A stretch of DNA of 64,000 bases. It comes from Anaeramoeba ignava BMAN. Taxonomy: Eukaryota > Protista > Anaeramoebae. Under the pieces are notes generated by a model, which was not told the DNA's origin, did no database searches, and worked only from the letters and a program-made list of their open reading frames with translations. Position 1 is the first letter of the stretch. Every line of letters begins with the position of its first letter. Position numbers and translations under genes: made by a program. The stretch covers positions 62,001 through 126,000 of the forward strand of contig JAPDFW010000091.1 in NCBI GenBank assembly GCA_028826165.1. The letters run 5' to 3'. This document shows positions 49,755 to 64,000 of this stretch, piece by piece.

Positions 49755-50432
49755 TTTATATCAATTTTATATCAATTTTAAATCAATTTTATATCAATTT
49801 TAAATTAATTTTAAATGAATTTTATATTAATTTTAAATCAATTTTATATCAATTTTAAATCAATTTTAAATCAATTTTATATCAATTTTATATCAATTTT
49901 ATATTAATTTTATATCAATTTTATATTAATTTTATATCTATTTTAAATCAATTTTAAATCAATTTTATATCGATTTTAAATCAATTTTAAATTAATTTTA
50001 TATCAATTTTAAATCAATTTTATATCAATTTTAAATCAATTTTTTTAAATTAATTTTAAATTAATTTTATATCAATTTTATATCAATTTTAAATCAATTT
50101 TAAATCAATTTTATATCGATTTTAAATCAATTTTATATCAATTTTAAATCAATTTTATATTAATTTTATATTAATTTTATATCAATTTTAAATCAATTTT
50201 AAATCAATTTTAAATCAATTTTATATCAATTTTATATTAATTTTAAATCAATTTTATATCAATTTTATATCAATTTTATATTAATTTTATATTAATTTTA
50301 AATCAATTTTATATCAATTTTATATCAATTTTATATCAATTTTAAATTAATTTTATATCAATTTTAAATCAATTTTATATTAATTTTATATCAATTTTAA
50401 ATCAATTTTATATCAATTTTATATCAATTTTT
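49755..50432. repeat. 11-bp minisatellite (ATCAATTTTAA/ATCAATTTTAT)n
   Basis: Visible tandem 11-mers, intergenic. Confidence 0.92.
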
Positions 50433-50665
50433 TAATTTAGGTTGTTTGTTAAAAAACAGTTTCTAAAATTCAAAAAAAACATTCCTTGTGTGATTTTGAT
50501 TTTAATTTTAATTTTTTAAAAAGAAGAAAAAAAAAGGAGAAATTCTTCTTTTTTTTTTACACATCATCAAAAAAAAAAAGGAAAAAAAGGAAAATTAAAA
50601 ATTCATTTTCTTTCTTTTTTTCTTTTTTTAAACAAGTTTTTAATTACTTTTGTTTTAAAAAACAA

Positions 50666-53600
50666 ATGACAAATTGTTGTCCGAATTCAAAGAAAAGAAT
50701 TTCAAAATTGATTGGTAATTCAACTGTTCTTGATTTTGTTGGAGATGATGTAGTTTGGCGTGTTATTACAGTTTTTTTTCTTTCTACTTTTTTTATTTTT
50801 ACTTTTGGAGTTGGAATTAGATATTTATTTGAAGGAACAAAAATAAATGAGGATCAAATTGGAATCAAGTAAATAATCACTTTTTCCAATTTAAACAATT
50901 CAATCAATTTAAACAATTCAATCAATTTAAACAATTCAATCAATTTAAATTAAATTTTCATTTTTTTAAATTCATTTAATTAATTAATTGAAAAAATAAA
51001 AAAATAGTTTGGATTTCTTTAAATTTCCAAATCAAACTCAACTTTATTATGGAGAATCTTTTACTGCTGAAGTAAATTTGAATTTTATTATTGAATTTTT
51101 TAAAATTGTTTTGAAATAACTTATTCTTCTTTCATTCTTTTTTTTAATTAATAAAAAATTTAGTTAAGAGTTTCAAGAAAATTTAAATCCAAGGCAATCA
51201 AAAATTGTCAAGTAACTGTAAGTGCTTCTTCTTTAGATTCAATTCAAAATCAAGATCAAAATCAAGATTTAAGTTTAATTCAAATGAGAGATAATTTAAT
51301 AAATCAAATCCAAATGGCTGGAGATTTAACTCAATTTTCTGATGAAAATGGATTTGTGAAATTTTCAAATCTTTCAATATTTACAGGTTCAAGTCAAACA
51401 ATCAATTTAACATTTTTTGCTCAATGTGGATCTCATAGTGATTGGAAAGGATTAGGTCCATGTAATTAAAATATTCATTTTTTTATTTAATTTTTCAAAT
51501 TAATTTTTCTTTCTTCTTTCTTTCTTTTTGAATTAATTTAGCTTCTAATTTTTCATTTCAACCAAATAATCAATCTGATCAAATTTCATTTCCACTTTAT
51601 TTAAAATCAAAAAGTAATTTTTTCTTTTATTTATTTTTATCAACAACAAAACAATTTAATATTTTTTTTGGATTATTCCACTTTTTATTTGATTTTTTTG
51701 AATTAGTTCATTCTTTTTATCTTTTAAATTACTTTTCCATTAATGAAACAATTAATTATGAAGAAGAAATTGATTTTCAATTTTATGTTTCCATTAATCC
51801 TAATGTACCTGAATATTTAAAAAATCTTTCAATTTCTTTAGTTCCAGAAAATTCATCTTGGAATTATCCTGAATATGAATCTTATTGTAAAATTTCATTT
51901 CCTTATTTTCTTTTCCAAAAAAAAATGAAAAGAAAGAATTTTATTTAATTTTTAATTTTAATTTTAATTTTTTAGTGGATTATGATGTTATTTCTCAATA
52001 TCAAGATGAAAATGAAATTTATCATTTAAAATTAATATTTTTTGGATCAACTTCAACAAAAATGAATATTACTTTTTTTTGTGAAGGATTTCAGATTTCA
52101 GGATTGGTATATAACAATAACGAGTATCTAATTACATCTTATCCACTTAATTTTAATTCAAAAGGTTTTAATTTATTTTAAAACAAAATCAAATCAATTT
52201 TCTTATTAAAATAACAAAATAACAAAATAACAAATAGTTTCAAAAATTGAAATTCAAGAAAACAGATCATTAAGTGTAAAAGAAGGAGAAATATTTGCAA
52301 AACCTTGGATAATTTCTGTTAAAGATAATAATAGTAATCCTATTGGAAACAAAACAGTTTTTGCAAAAATTTCAAAACAATGCAATAATTCAATTTCAGA
52401 AAATCAATCACCTATTGATTATTCCAAAGTTCTTTTAAATTCTATTGTTAAAACAAATGGAAATGGAATGTAAGTTTATTTAGATTTTGATTTTAATTTT
52501 GATTTTAATTTTAATTTTAATTTTAATTTTAATTTTAATTTTAATTTTAATTCTAATTTTAATTTTAATTTTAATTTTAATTATTAGAGCAAATTTCTCA
52601 AATTTAAAATTTTCTGTTTCAGGATTTACAAATCAATATTGTTCATTTCAAATTAAATTCATTTCAGATGGAATTTTTAATGAAACAGAAAATATTCAAG
52701 TTAATTCATCAGTAAGTCAAATTATTTGGATTGAACATATGAATCATGTTTACACCGGAACTACTCTGCTTAATCTTTTGATCATTGGATTTGTTGGATC
52801 AGATGAATGGCCAGTTATCAAAGTTCAAGATGAAAAAGGAAAAGGAATTCCAAATAAACTTGTTACTTTTACTTGTTCCAATTTTTCAGCTAGACCTTAT
52901 CAATTTGTTACCGATCAAAATGGATTTGCTTCTTTATATATGAATATTCCATGGAGTGCTCCAAAGAAAATTCAACTCAACAATATTTTGTTACTGTTGA
53001 TGATTTTCAATCAGAATCTCAAGAAACCAATATAACATCCATTTTACGTTCAGATTATCCAACAAGAATTGTCATCTCAAATTGGAATGAATCTGTTAAA
53101 CTCAGGAGAATTATTGAATTTAAACATTTCTATATTAAATTATTTTGGAGAAGTGATGGAAAATGGTTCTTGGTCTGGTGATTTTTTCCTTATTGTTGCT
53201 TATGTTGATTCAGGAAATTTACCAATGGCATTTGCAACATTACCTGAATTTGGTTATTGGAATATCACAAATGGAGCAGGAATAATTTCAACTAGAATTT
53301 ATGGAATTTCAATGCAAACTCAATTTTGTTTAGTTGCCATTCAAAAAAATCCCCAATTTTTGAGGGAGCCCGATCAAGATTATTGGGATTCACAAGGATG
53401 TTTTAACTTGAGTATTGTGAATCAAATTGAAAAAGTAGAAATTTCTCATTCTCCAAATTTGAATAATTATTTTACTCCTGGTCAACCTTTTGGAAATGAT
53501 TCAATTAAACTTAAAATATTTCCAAATAATATTTCAGAAAATAATTTCACTATTCAGGTTCTTGCTTTGAATGCTGATGATCCTTATGGAGTTCTTCTTG

Positions 53601-55818
53601 GAAGAAATTCAAATGAAAGAACAAGAAATGTCACAACAATTTTATATCAAACAACTAAAAATTTAACAGAAGAAGGTTTTTATTATTCTTTTCTTTTCTT
53701 TTTTTCATTTTCAATTAAATTAAATTAAATTTATTTAGGAGAATTGATTTTGGATGATTTTGTTATTAATGATCAAACAACTTATATTAATTTTCAGGAT
53801 ACTTTTCTTCAAAATGAACCATTTCAATTACAAATTTTTGTAAATGGAGTTCCTGCAAATTCAATAGTTTCTGTTAATCTTGCTTTTCCATCTCAAGATT
53901 TGAATTTGACTATTGATTGGGATACTTCACTTCCATTTGTTTCAGGATATCAACAATTTTACTCTCAACCCGTTTTACAAATCACAAATAATGAAACAGG
54001 AGAACCAATTCAAGGATATTATGTTTATTTCAATATTCCATATGATTCCATAGATGGAATTTATCCTGCTTATGCAATAGATTATGATGCTGGAGATTAT
54101 TCAAATTTTGTTAGAAGTTTAGCTCCTTCAGATGAAAATGGATTGGTGACTTGGGATTTATCTTTTGAGTATGTATTGGGAATTGGAGAGATTTATGCGG
54201 ATTTTTATGCTTTCACTGGTGGAGAATGGCAATATGTTCCAATTAAAATTACTATTTCTGCAGATTATTTACTCTTGCAAAATTTATGTTGAAAAAGAAG
54301 ACATAAAGATGGATGTTTTCAATGATCAAAATTTAGGTTCCACATACGATACCCCGTTTGAAGTTCCTTCAACAGTAATGATTACTGATCAATTTGGAAA
54401 CCCTTTTCCAAATAAATTTGTTTCTATTTATACTCGATTCATTTCTGCAACAGGATACATTGAGAATATTTTTCAACAAATTCAATCTACAGACTCGAGT
54501 GGATTAGCATATCCCTATTGATATTCATGAAAAAGATTATAATAATATTTTTTTGAAATTTCAATGTGATGCCTTTAAATCTGGTCCATATAGTACTGCA
54601 ATTCTTAAATCACCAGGAGAATTTTATATGGAAAATGCTCCTTCTAATCACTCAAAAATTGGATATCCATTTCTTTTTAATAACCTCAGTTCTCTCACAG
54701 ATTTTCAGATTTTCTTAGTCAAGTCATATACATCATTGGCTCAGTTATTGTCACTTTGCTCTCTTCTGAAGTTCCAATTTCTGGAAAAATGATTTCTGCA
54801 GAAATTGAACAAAATGCAGGAAATGGGAAATTAGATCCAATAACAACATTAGCAGTAACCGATGAAAGTGGAAATGCTGTTTTCAATTTGAGAATGGAAT
54901 CAGGAAATACTGGATATTATACAATCAAATTTTCTTATAATAATGATATTCATATTTCAACATATCCTTTTATCTTATAAATCCTGTTGTTAATATAACA
55001 GTAAATCATCCAAATCTTCCAAATGAATTGAAAATTGGAGAAAATTTTTCAGCAAATATTTCAATTAAATTTCCTTTCAGAAATGAATCAAAACATTTCT
55101 TTTCCAATCAAAATTCTAACAAAATGTTCAAATGCTTCTGCTCCTGATGATATTTTATACACAAATTCAAGTGGAATTCAAATTTTACAAAATATAACAT
55201 TTGATTCAATTTCTGGAGAATCTGGATGTATAGTAAAAGGAGAAAAAGAAGCAAAAGTGAAAGCAGAAATTGCATTTTCAGTTTTAGGAATTGAATCTGA
55301 ATACAAAACAATTATGGTTTCTTCACCTAATGAAGTTATTTTCACAAAAGCAATTGATTCATTTAAACAATCACTTTTAACAATTCTAATAAGTTTATCT
55401 CTTGCTTTTCCTTTATTACTTAATTCATCAAAAAATCATAATATTCTCACATTTTTAATTTCATTTGGATTAATGTGTGTTTTGATTATTTTTCTTCCTA
55501 AATTAATTTTAACATCAGAAAAAGTTGAAACAAGACAATTTGTTGCTTTATCTTATTTTCAAGGAATTTTAGTTTCTTTTTCTCTTTTACTTTTATTGAT
55601 TATTCTTTTATCATCAATAATTCCAAAATTTAGAAAATGGATTGAAAAAAATGTTTTTATTCATCAAAGAATGTCAAGTTATTTTCTTCTTCTCAAAAAA
55701 TTACTTCCAATAGGTGCAAAAAAATCATTAAAATGGAGAGAAATTGAAAAAACAATTATTCAAAAAATTTCAGATTCAGAAACAAGTAAAAGTGAAAATG
55801 AAAGTAAAAGTGAAAATG

Positions 55819-55879
<61 letters not shown>

Positions 55880-57593
55880 TGGAATTGAATTAGAAATTGA
55901 TTCAGAAAATAAAAAGAAGAATAATTCAAAAAGAAATATCAAGAATAAAAAGATTTTAAAAGAAAAAGAAAAAGAAAAAGAAATTCAATTTAGTTTCAAA
56001 AAATCAACAAAAATTTCAAAGAAAAAGAAAATTATGAATTCAATTTTAATACAAAAAAAATTAGAAGAAGAAGAAAAAGAAGAAAAACAAAAAGAAAAGA
56101 GAAAGAGAAAGAAAAAGAAATCTTCAAATAAATGTTCACTTTTTATGAGTTGGATTGGTGAATTATTCAAGAAATTATTCAGAAAAATCAAATCAAAATT
56201 TCAAGATGAAGCAAATACACATAAAAAATATGAAAGTTATCATTATTTTTATTATCCACAAAGATTGATTGTTGCATTTTGGCTTTGGATTGTTTTAGTT
56301 GCTTTATTAGTTTTACTTTTAACAAAATTAATAAGAACTCTTTCTATTACTATTGAATTATCTCAACAACAAATATTTGGAGATACTCAAAAAAGTCAAT
56401 GTTTCAATGAAAAACCAAGTGTAAATGATTATCCAAATTCTATTTCAATTTATGGAGTTCAATTAATTCAAGAAATTGATGAAAAATATTCAGATAATCC
56501 AAATCCATTACCAAATTCATTTTCAAGATTTATTAATCAATTTTCTATAGAAAAAACAAATCAAATTCTGAATTCATTTTCAATTATTGCAGGAATTTCA
56601 GCATTTGTTTCATTTATTATTCTTCTTTTACTTTGGAGATCAATTTTCAAATTGTATCGAAAAAGAATAATGCTTTTAAGACAAGGAAAAAAACCGTTTG
56701 CAGAATTTAAATCAGCAGATCCAGTTAAAGTTACTTCTTATACAAATTTCCAAGTTTGGTTAGGATTAATCACATTTTTATTAACTTGGATTGTTGTTTT
56801 CATAATTTTATTTTTTATTCCAGCAGCTTATTGGTTAATTTCAAAAGAATTTCTTGATAGATTATTGAAATATCTTGGATGGGTTATTTTTTCGATTGTT
56901 GTTTATCAAATTGTTTTTGGAATTATTCTTCAAACTCTTATGAGAAAATTTTTTACTTCTCAAAAGAGAATAATCAACAGAACAATTTTTTCAATTTATG
57001 ATTTTATCAAATTTTTCCTAACAATATTTTCATCAGCAACTTCAGCAATTAAGAAATTTTTTGGAATAAATAATGCTTCAATTTTTTCACTTATAAGACT
57101 TGATGATAAAAGATCATTTGATGAATCTTATGCAGCAATGATGTTAATTGATCATCAAACAAACAATCCTGTTGTTAGAATTTTTACAAATTATTTGATT
57201 AATTTTGTTACTGAAAAAAAGAAATTGTTTCAACAAATATTTCCAAAAGGAATTAATAAAGATCTTTTCAATAAAGAAAAAAGAACACAACTTTCTTTTA
57301 TTGAATATCATCCAATTACTCATCAACCAATTCAAAAAGAAAAGATTAGAGAAAAATTTTTTTTACTTCTTACACTTTCAGCAAATAATGATTTAAACAA
57401 ATATCGAAAAAAAGAAATGAAGATAAAAAGAGAAAACGAGAAAAAATCAAAAAAAAAAGAAAAAAAAATTTGGGAAATGATTGAAAATTTAGATAAAACA
57501 AATGAAAGATATCAAGAAGAAAAAGAAAAAGATCATATTTTTGATAATCAAATTGAAGTTCCATTAATTTCACAAGATGATCACATTAATTGA
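50666..57593 (+). CDS. Large membrane protein: N-terminal TM, multiple bacterial-Ig-like repeats, C-terminal STRA6/RBP-receptor-like multi-TM domain; several introns and about 7 single-base indels
   Basis: Repeated (S/T)(D/N)xxGxxxF motifs (SDENGFVKF, TNGNGIANF, TDQNGFA, SDENGLV, TDSSGLA, TDESGNAVF, TNSSGIQ). C-terminal FYYPQRL, RKRIMLLRQG, INRTIFSIYDFIKFF, RLD..FDESYAAMMLIDHQTNNPVV and FFLLLTLSANNDLNKYRK follow STRA6-family motif order. Confidence 0.7.
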
Positions 57594-57629
57594 TTTCTCA
57601 TTCTCTTTTTGATTTTTAATTCCATTTTA

Positions 57630-60140
57630 AATCAATTTTAATTCCATTTAATATTAATTTTAAATCAATTTTAAATCAATTTTAAATCAATTTTAAATCA
57701 ATTTTAAATCAATTTTAAATCAATTTTATATCAATTTTATATCAATTTTAAATCAATTTTATATCAATTCTATATTAATTTTAAATCAATTTTATATTAA
57801 TTTTAAATCAATTTTATATTAAATTTAAATCAATTTTATATCAATTTTATATCAATTTTATATCAATTTTAAATCAATTTTATATTAATTTTAAATCAAT
57901 TTTATATTAATTTTATATCAATTTTAAATCAATTTTATATTAATTTTAAATCAATTTTATATCAATTTTATATTAATTTTAATATTAATTTTAAATCAAT
58001 TTTAAATCAATTTTATATTAATTTTAAATCAATTTTATATTAATTTTAAATCAATTTTAAATCAATTTTAAATCAATTTTATATCAATTTAATATTAATT
58101 TTAAATCAATTTTAAATCAATTTTATATCAATTTTATATCAATTTTATATCAATTTTAAATCAATTTTAAATCAATTTTATATCAATTTTATATCAATTT
58201 TATATCAATTTTAAATCAATTTTAAATCAATTTTAAATCAATTTTAAATCAATTTTATATCAATTTTAAATTAATTTTAAATCAATTTTAAATCAATTTT
58301 AAATTAATTTTAAATCAATTTTAAATCAATTTTAAATTAATTTTAAATCAATTTTAAATTAATTTTAAACCAATTTTAAATTAATTTTTAATTCCATTTT
58401 AAATCAATTTTAAATTAATTTTAAATTAATTTTAAATCAATTTTATATCAATTTTAAATCAATTTTAAATCAATTTTATATCAATTTTATATCAATTTTA
58501 TATTAATTTTATATCAATTTTATATCAATTTTAAATCAATTTTAAATCAATTTTAAATCAATTTTAAATCAATTTTATATCAATTTTAAATCAATTTTAA
58601 ATTAATTTTAAATCAATTTTATATTAATTTTAAATCAATTTTATATCAATTTTAAATTAATTTTAAATCAATTTTAAATCAATTTTAAATCAATTTTAAA
58701 TCAATTTTAAATCAATTTTATATCAATTTTAATATCAATTCTAAATCAATTTTAAATCAATTTTAAATCAATTTTATATCAATTTTAAATCAATTTTAAA
58801 TCAATTTTATATCAATTTTATATCAATTTTATATCAATTTTAAATCAATTTTATATCAATTTTAAATCAATTTTATATCAAATTTATTAATTTTAAATCA
58901 ATTTTTATATCAATTTTATATCAATTTTAAATCAATTTTAAATCAATTTTATATCAATTTTAAATCAATTTTAAATCAATTTTAAATCAATTTTAAATCA
59001 ATTTTATATCAATTTTATATTAATTTTATATCAATTTTAAATCAATTTTATATCAATTTTATATTAATTTTAAATTAATTTTAAATCAATTTTAAATCAA
59101 TTTTAAATCAATTTTTAATTCCATTTTAAATCAATTTTAAATCAATTTTAAATCAATTTTATATTAATTTTATATCAATTTTAAATTAATTTTATATCAA
59201 TTTTAAATCAATTTTAAAATCAATTTTAAATCAATTTTAAATCAATTTTATATCAAATTTTATATCAATTTTAAATCAAATTTATATCAATTTTAAATCA
59301 ATTTTATATCAATTTTATATCAATTTTAAATCAATTTTAAATCAATTTTAAATCAATTTTAAATCAATTTTAAATCAATTTTAAATCAATTTTATATCAA
59401 TTTTAAATCAATTTTAAATCAATTTTATATTAATTTTAAATCAATTTTAAATCAATTTTAAATCAATTTTATATCAATTTTTAAATCAATTTTATATCAA
59501 TTTTATATCAATTTTATATCAATTTTTAAATCAATTTTAAATCAATTTTATATTAATTTTAAATCAATTTTAAAATCAATTTTATATTAATTTTATATCA
59601 ATTTTAAATCAATTTTAAATCAATTTTAAATCAATTTTAAATCAATTTTTATATCAATTTTAAATCAATTTTATATCAATTTTATATCAATTTTTATATC
59701 AATTTTATATCAATTTTATATCAATTTTAAATCAATTTTAAATCAATTTTATATCAATTTTATATCAATTTTAAATCAATTTTAAATCAATTTTTATATC
59801 AATTTTAAATCAATTTTAAATCAATTTTTAAATCAATTTTAAATCAATTTTATATCAATTTTAATTTTAAATTAATTTTAAATTTTTTTAAATCAATTTT
59901 ATATCAATTTTAAATCAATTTTATATCAATTTTATATCAATTTTAAATCAATTTTATATCAATTTTATATCAATTTTATATCAATTTTATATCAATTTTA
60001 TATCAATTTTATATCAATTTTATATTAATTTTATATCAATTTTATATTAATTTTAAATCAATTTTAAATCAATTTTAAATCAATTTTAAATCAATTTTAA
60101 ATCAATTTTAAATCAATTTTAAATCAATTTTAAATTAATT
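57630..60140. repeat. 2.5-kb 11-bp minisatellite (ATCAATTTTAA/ATCAATTTTAT)n
   Basis: Same unit and orientation as 49755-50432; lies between convergent genes. Confidence 0.92.
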
Positions 60141-60324
60141 TAAAAAGTGGAATAAAAATTAAAAATTTGAAATTCCAAACAAATCCATTTTTCCTTTTAT
60201 TTCTTTTTCTTTTTAATCGAAAAAAAAAAGTAAAATTTAAAAAGAAAAAACCCAAAAAAAAATAGAAAGAAAGAAAGAAAGAAAATCAAAAAAAAAAAAT
60301 TGTGAATCATTTTGTTTTGAAGAT

Positions 60325-62184
60325 TTATAATTTTGCCAAAATATCACAAACTTCATCAAAAGCTGGTCTAACATCGGGATCATGGTCCCAACATCTCTGA
60401 ATCAAATCAATAATTTCCTGCGGGGCTTGTTCAGTTGTTGGTAAATCAGGACGGACTCTTTTAAAACCGACTTCATTTCTCAAATCATAATTTTGGATTG
60501 AAATAAGATGAGCTTTATATGGAACCTCACGGAAGACAATTTCCCAAAGAACGAGACCGTAATTATACACATCGACTTTTGAGGAGTAGTTTGCTTCGCC
60601 TCTGAGAATCTCAGGAGCCATCCAGTTAAATGTTCCTACGTTAAGAGACATTTCTTGATCGATTTGATCCTCATTTGATTTAAATCTTGCTAATCCAAAA
60701 TCCGTTATTTTGATTCGGTTGTCTTCCGTTATTAATAAATTTGATGACTTCAAGTCTCGGTGAATTATGTTCATGCTGTGTAAGTACTTCATACCTTCTG
60801 CTATGTCTTTGGCATAATTTACTATCGTTGATTTTTTTAGTTTCAGTTTTTTTTTCTTTAATTTTTTTAGTCGATCAAATAGATTCCCTTTAGGTACATA
60901 TTCTAATACTATGCATGTTGGGTATTTGTCAGGATCTTGATCTTGATTTATATTGAAAGCGATTGTTTGAACGATGTTTGGATGATTTGATTTACTATAT
61001 TAATTTTAATTTTGAAATGAATTTTATTTTATAAATGAATTTTAATTTTAATTTTGATTTTAATTTCAAATTTGATTTTAATTTTGAAATGAATTTTAAT
61101 TTTAATTTTGATTTCAATTTCAATTTTAATTTTAATTTTGATTTTAATTTTAATTTTAAATTTAATTTTAATTTTAATTTTAATTTTAATTTTGAAATGA
61201 ATTTAATTTTAATTTTTAAATTGATTTTAATTTTAATTTTAATATGAATTTTAATTTTAATTTTAATATGAATTTTAATTTTATAAATGAATTTAATTTT
61301 GATTTTAATTTTAATTTTAATTTTAATTTTGATTTTAATTTCAATTTTGAAATGAATTTTAATTTTAATTTTAATTTTAATTATTTTAATTTTAATTTTT
61401 AAATTGATTTTAATTTTAATTTTAAATTAAATTTTAAATAAATTTTATAAATATAATTTTAATTTGAAATTCACCATAAAAGTGCAACTTCACGATGAAA
61501 AAGTTCTAAATTCTGTTGTTGAAGTTTTGGAAACTTTTTAATAGCAACAACTTTACCATTATATTCACCTTTCCAAACATCACCAAAAGCGCCACTTTTA
61601 ATAAAAGAGATTTCTTTAAGCTTAGCAGAATCGAGAGCAAAATCAGTTAAATTTTGAAGAGTTTCATTCTTATATTCATTAACAAAACGGAAATATAAAG
61701 AAGGAGAATAATCAATAAATTCAAGAGTATAAATTTCAATAAATTTTCTAACGGAATCATTTTCTGCCAAATCAATAGCCTTTTCATCATACGAGTCTCT
61801 GAGGAGTGGATTTGCCCCGAACTCCAGCAAAAGCTTAATTATACGGTTATTACTGCTGATGACCGCGACGTGGAGAGGGGTTTCCAAATTCTCGTCAGCG
61901 AGATCCACATCAGCCCCATTTTGAAGTAAAATTTCCGTTATATTTCGTGAACTGTTCGTCACTGCTATCTTCAGCGGCGTTGCTCCATATACATCGCATT
62001 CGTTGGGGTTCGCTCCTTTTTCTAAAAGCATCTTAATCACTTCGTTTTTTCCTTCTTGTACTGCAATGTGTAATGGCGTTTTTCCATCCATCTCGTTCTT
62101 CGTGTTTACATCATATCCTTCGTCAAGTAACTTCTTGATTGCTAGATTGTCGTTCCTCCAAATCGCTTCGAAAAATTCATCCAT
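60325..62184 (-). CDS. Ankyrin-repeat + tyrosine-kinase-like (TKL) Ser/Thr kinase, 2 exons
   Basis: Exons 62184-61475 and 60994-60325. Ankyrin TPLH motifs; SGAFGDVWKG, VAIKK, HPNIV, IIHRDLKSSN, DFG, GTFNWMAPE and KVDVY. Confidence 0.95.
61000..61465. repeat. (AATTTT)n microsatellite in the kinase intron
   Basis: Visible tandem hexamers. Confidence 0.88.
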
Positions 62185-62279
62185 TTAATTCCCTTTTTGT
62201 TTTGATTATTGATTTTTAAAATTGTTGAAAAAAAAATGATTTGGAATTTTGGAAAATAAAAAATTTCTTTCAAAAATTT

Positions 62280-64000
62280 TGAAAATTAATTATTAAAATT
62301 AATTCTATTTTAATTTATAGTATTTAAATAAATCATTTCTAAATATAATTTTAAAACAAAATATTAATAAATATTAAATTAAAATTAATTTAAAAATTAA
62401 TAAAAAATAAATCAAATATTTTCTAAAATAAATTATTAAAATTAATTCTATTTTAATTTATAGTATTTAAATAAATCATCTTTAAATATAATTTTAAAAC
62501 AAATTATTAATAAATATTAAATTAAAAATTAATTTAAAAATTAATAAAAAATAAATCAAAATATTTTGAAAATTAATTATTAAAAATAATTCTATTTTAA
62601 TTTATAGTATTTAAATAAATCATCTTTAAATATAATTTTAAAAACAAATCATTAATAAATAATAAATTAAAATTAATTTATAAATTAATAAAAATAAATC
62701 AAATATTTTCTAAAAGTAAATTAATAAAATTAATTCTATTTTAATTTATAGTATTTCAATAAAACATCTTTAAATATAATTTTAAAACAAATTATTTATA
62801 AATAATAAATTAAAATTAATTTAAAAATTAATAAAAATAAATAAAATATTTTCTAAAATAAATTAATAAAATTAATTATATTTTAATTTATAGTATTTAA
62901 ATAAATCATTTCTAAATATAATTTTAAAATAAATTATTAATAAATATTAAATTAAAATTAATTTAAAAATTAATAAAAATTAAATCAAATATTTTCTAAA
63001 ATAAATTAATAAAAATAATTCTATTTTTAATTTATATTATTTAAATAAATCATCTTTAAATATAATTTTAAAACAAATTATTAATAAATATTAAATTAAA
63101 ATTAATTTAAAAATTAATAAAAAATAAATAAAATATTTCCTAAAATTAATTATTAAAATTAATTCTATTTTAATTTATAGTATTTAAATAAATCATCTTT
63201 AAATATAATTTTAAAACAAATTATTTATAAATAATAAATTAAAATTAATTTAAAAATTAATAAAAAATAAATCAAATATTTTTGAAAATTAATTATTAAA
63301 AATAATTCTATTTTAATTTATAGTATTTAAATAAATCATCTTTAAATATAATTTTAAAACAAATTATTAATAAATATTAAATTAAAATTAATTTAAAAAT
63401 TAATAAAAAATAAATAAAATATTTTCTAAAAATTAATTAATAAAATTAATTCTATTTTAATTTATAGTATTTAAATAAATCATTTCTAAATATAATTTTA
63501 AAACAAATTATTTATAAATATTAAATTAAAATTAATTTAAAAATTAATAAAAATTAAATCAAATATTTTCTAAAATAAATTAATAAAAATAATTCTATTT
63601 TAATTTTATAGTATTTAAATAAATCATTTCTAAATATAATTTTAAAACAAAATATTTATAAATAATAAATTAAAATTAATTTAAAAATTAATAAAAAATA
63701 AATCAAATATTTTGAAAGTAAATTAATAAAAATAATTCTATTTTAATTTATAGTATTTAAATAAATCATTTCTAAATATAATTTTAAAACAAATTATTAA
63801 TAAATATTAAATTAAAATTAATTTAAAAATTAATAAAAATAAATAAAATATTTCCTAAAATTAATTAATAAAAATAATTCTATTTTAATTTATATTATTT
63901 AAATAAATCATCTTTAAATATAATTTTAAAAAACAAATTATTAATAAATATTAAATTAAAATTAATTTATAAATTAATAAAAAATAAATCAAATATTTTG
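62280..64000. repeat. Intergenic satellite, unit about 143-144 bp, 12 or more copies, running off the window
   Basis: TAGTATTTAAATAAATCAT recurs at about 62318, 62461, 62605 and onward. Confidence 0.92.

Noticed and set aside
52960-55080. About seven frame changes in the Ig-STRA6 gene (also in RCC1-BTB, ARM exon 10 and the MIT gene) as programmed frameshifting or RNA editing
   Set aside because: Those examined are fixed by adding or removing one base in a short homopolymer, in both directions and with no shared signal; this is typical long-read consensus error.
1-64000. tRNA/rRNA genes, transposons or a non-standard genetic code
   Set aside because: No structured GC-containing non-coding segments, transposase/RT ORFs or terminal repeats were seen. 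Conserved genes end at standard stops and need no stop reassignment once spliced.

Overview
Eukaryotic, extremely AT-rich, gene-dense genomic DNA with canonical GT-AG spliceosomal introns and a standard genetic code. The gene families (RCC1-BTB, BTB-TLDc, aardvark-like ARM) and the TCA-T(n) initiator-like motif suggest an anaerobic metamonad amoeba such as Anaeramoeba; this is an inference, not a lookup. About 18 protein genes can be reconstructed by hand: the 3' end of a class IV sirtuin, TFIIH p52/Tfb2, CYRI/FAM49, a prokaryote-like GT-C membrane glycosyltransferase, VPS15, RCC1-BTB, BTB-TLDc, a Rac pseudoGTPase, an exon-per-repeat ARM protein, CARMIL-like, an archaeal-type FAU-1 ribonuclease, an Atg38/NRBF2-like MIT protein, MORN-SAM-U-box, a divergent Rab, GPR107/TMEM87-like, SDF2, an Ig-repeat/STRA6-like membrane protein and an ankyrin-TKL kinase. 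Introns are often inflated by 6-16 bp microsatellites, and intergenic gaps carry unrelated satellites with nucleosome-sized periods (143-167 bp). The most notable items are (1) a full-length, intron-containing homologue of the archaeal AU-binding RNase FAU-1, (2) an ARM array of one-repeat-per-exon units with variation focused on the ligand-binding helix, (3) a Rac whose nucleotide-binding motifs are destroyed but whose effector loop and CaaX are kept, and (4) a STRA6-like domain fused to bacterial Ig-like repeats. Scattered single-base indels in homopolymers look like long-read consensus errors. All homology calls come from motif recognition by eye; no searches were run.
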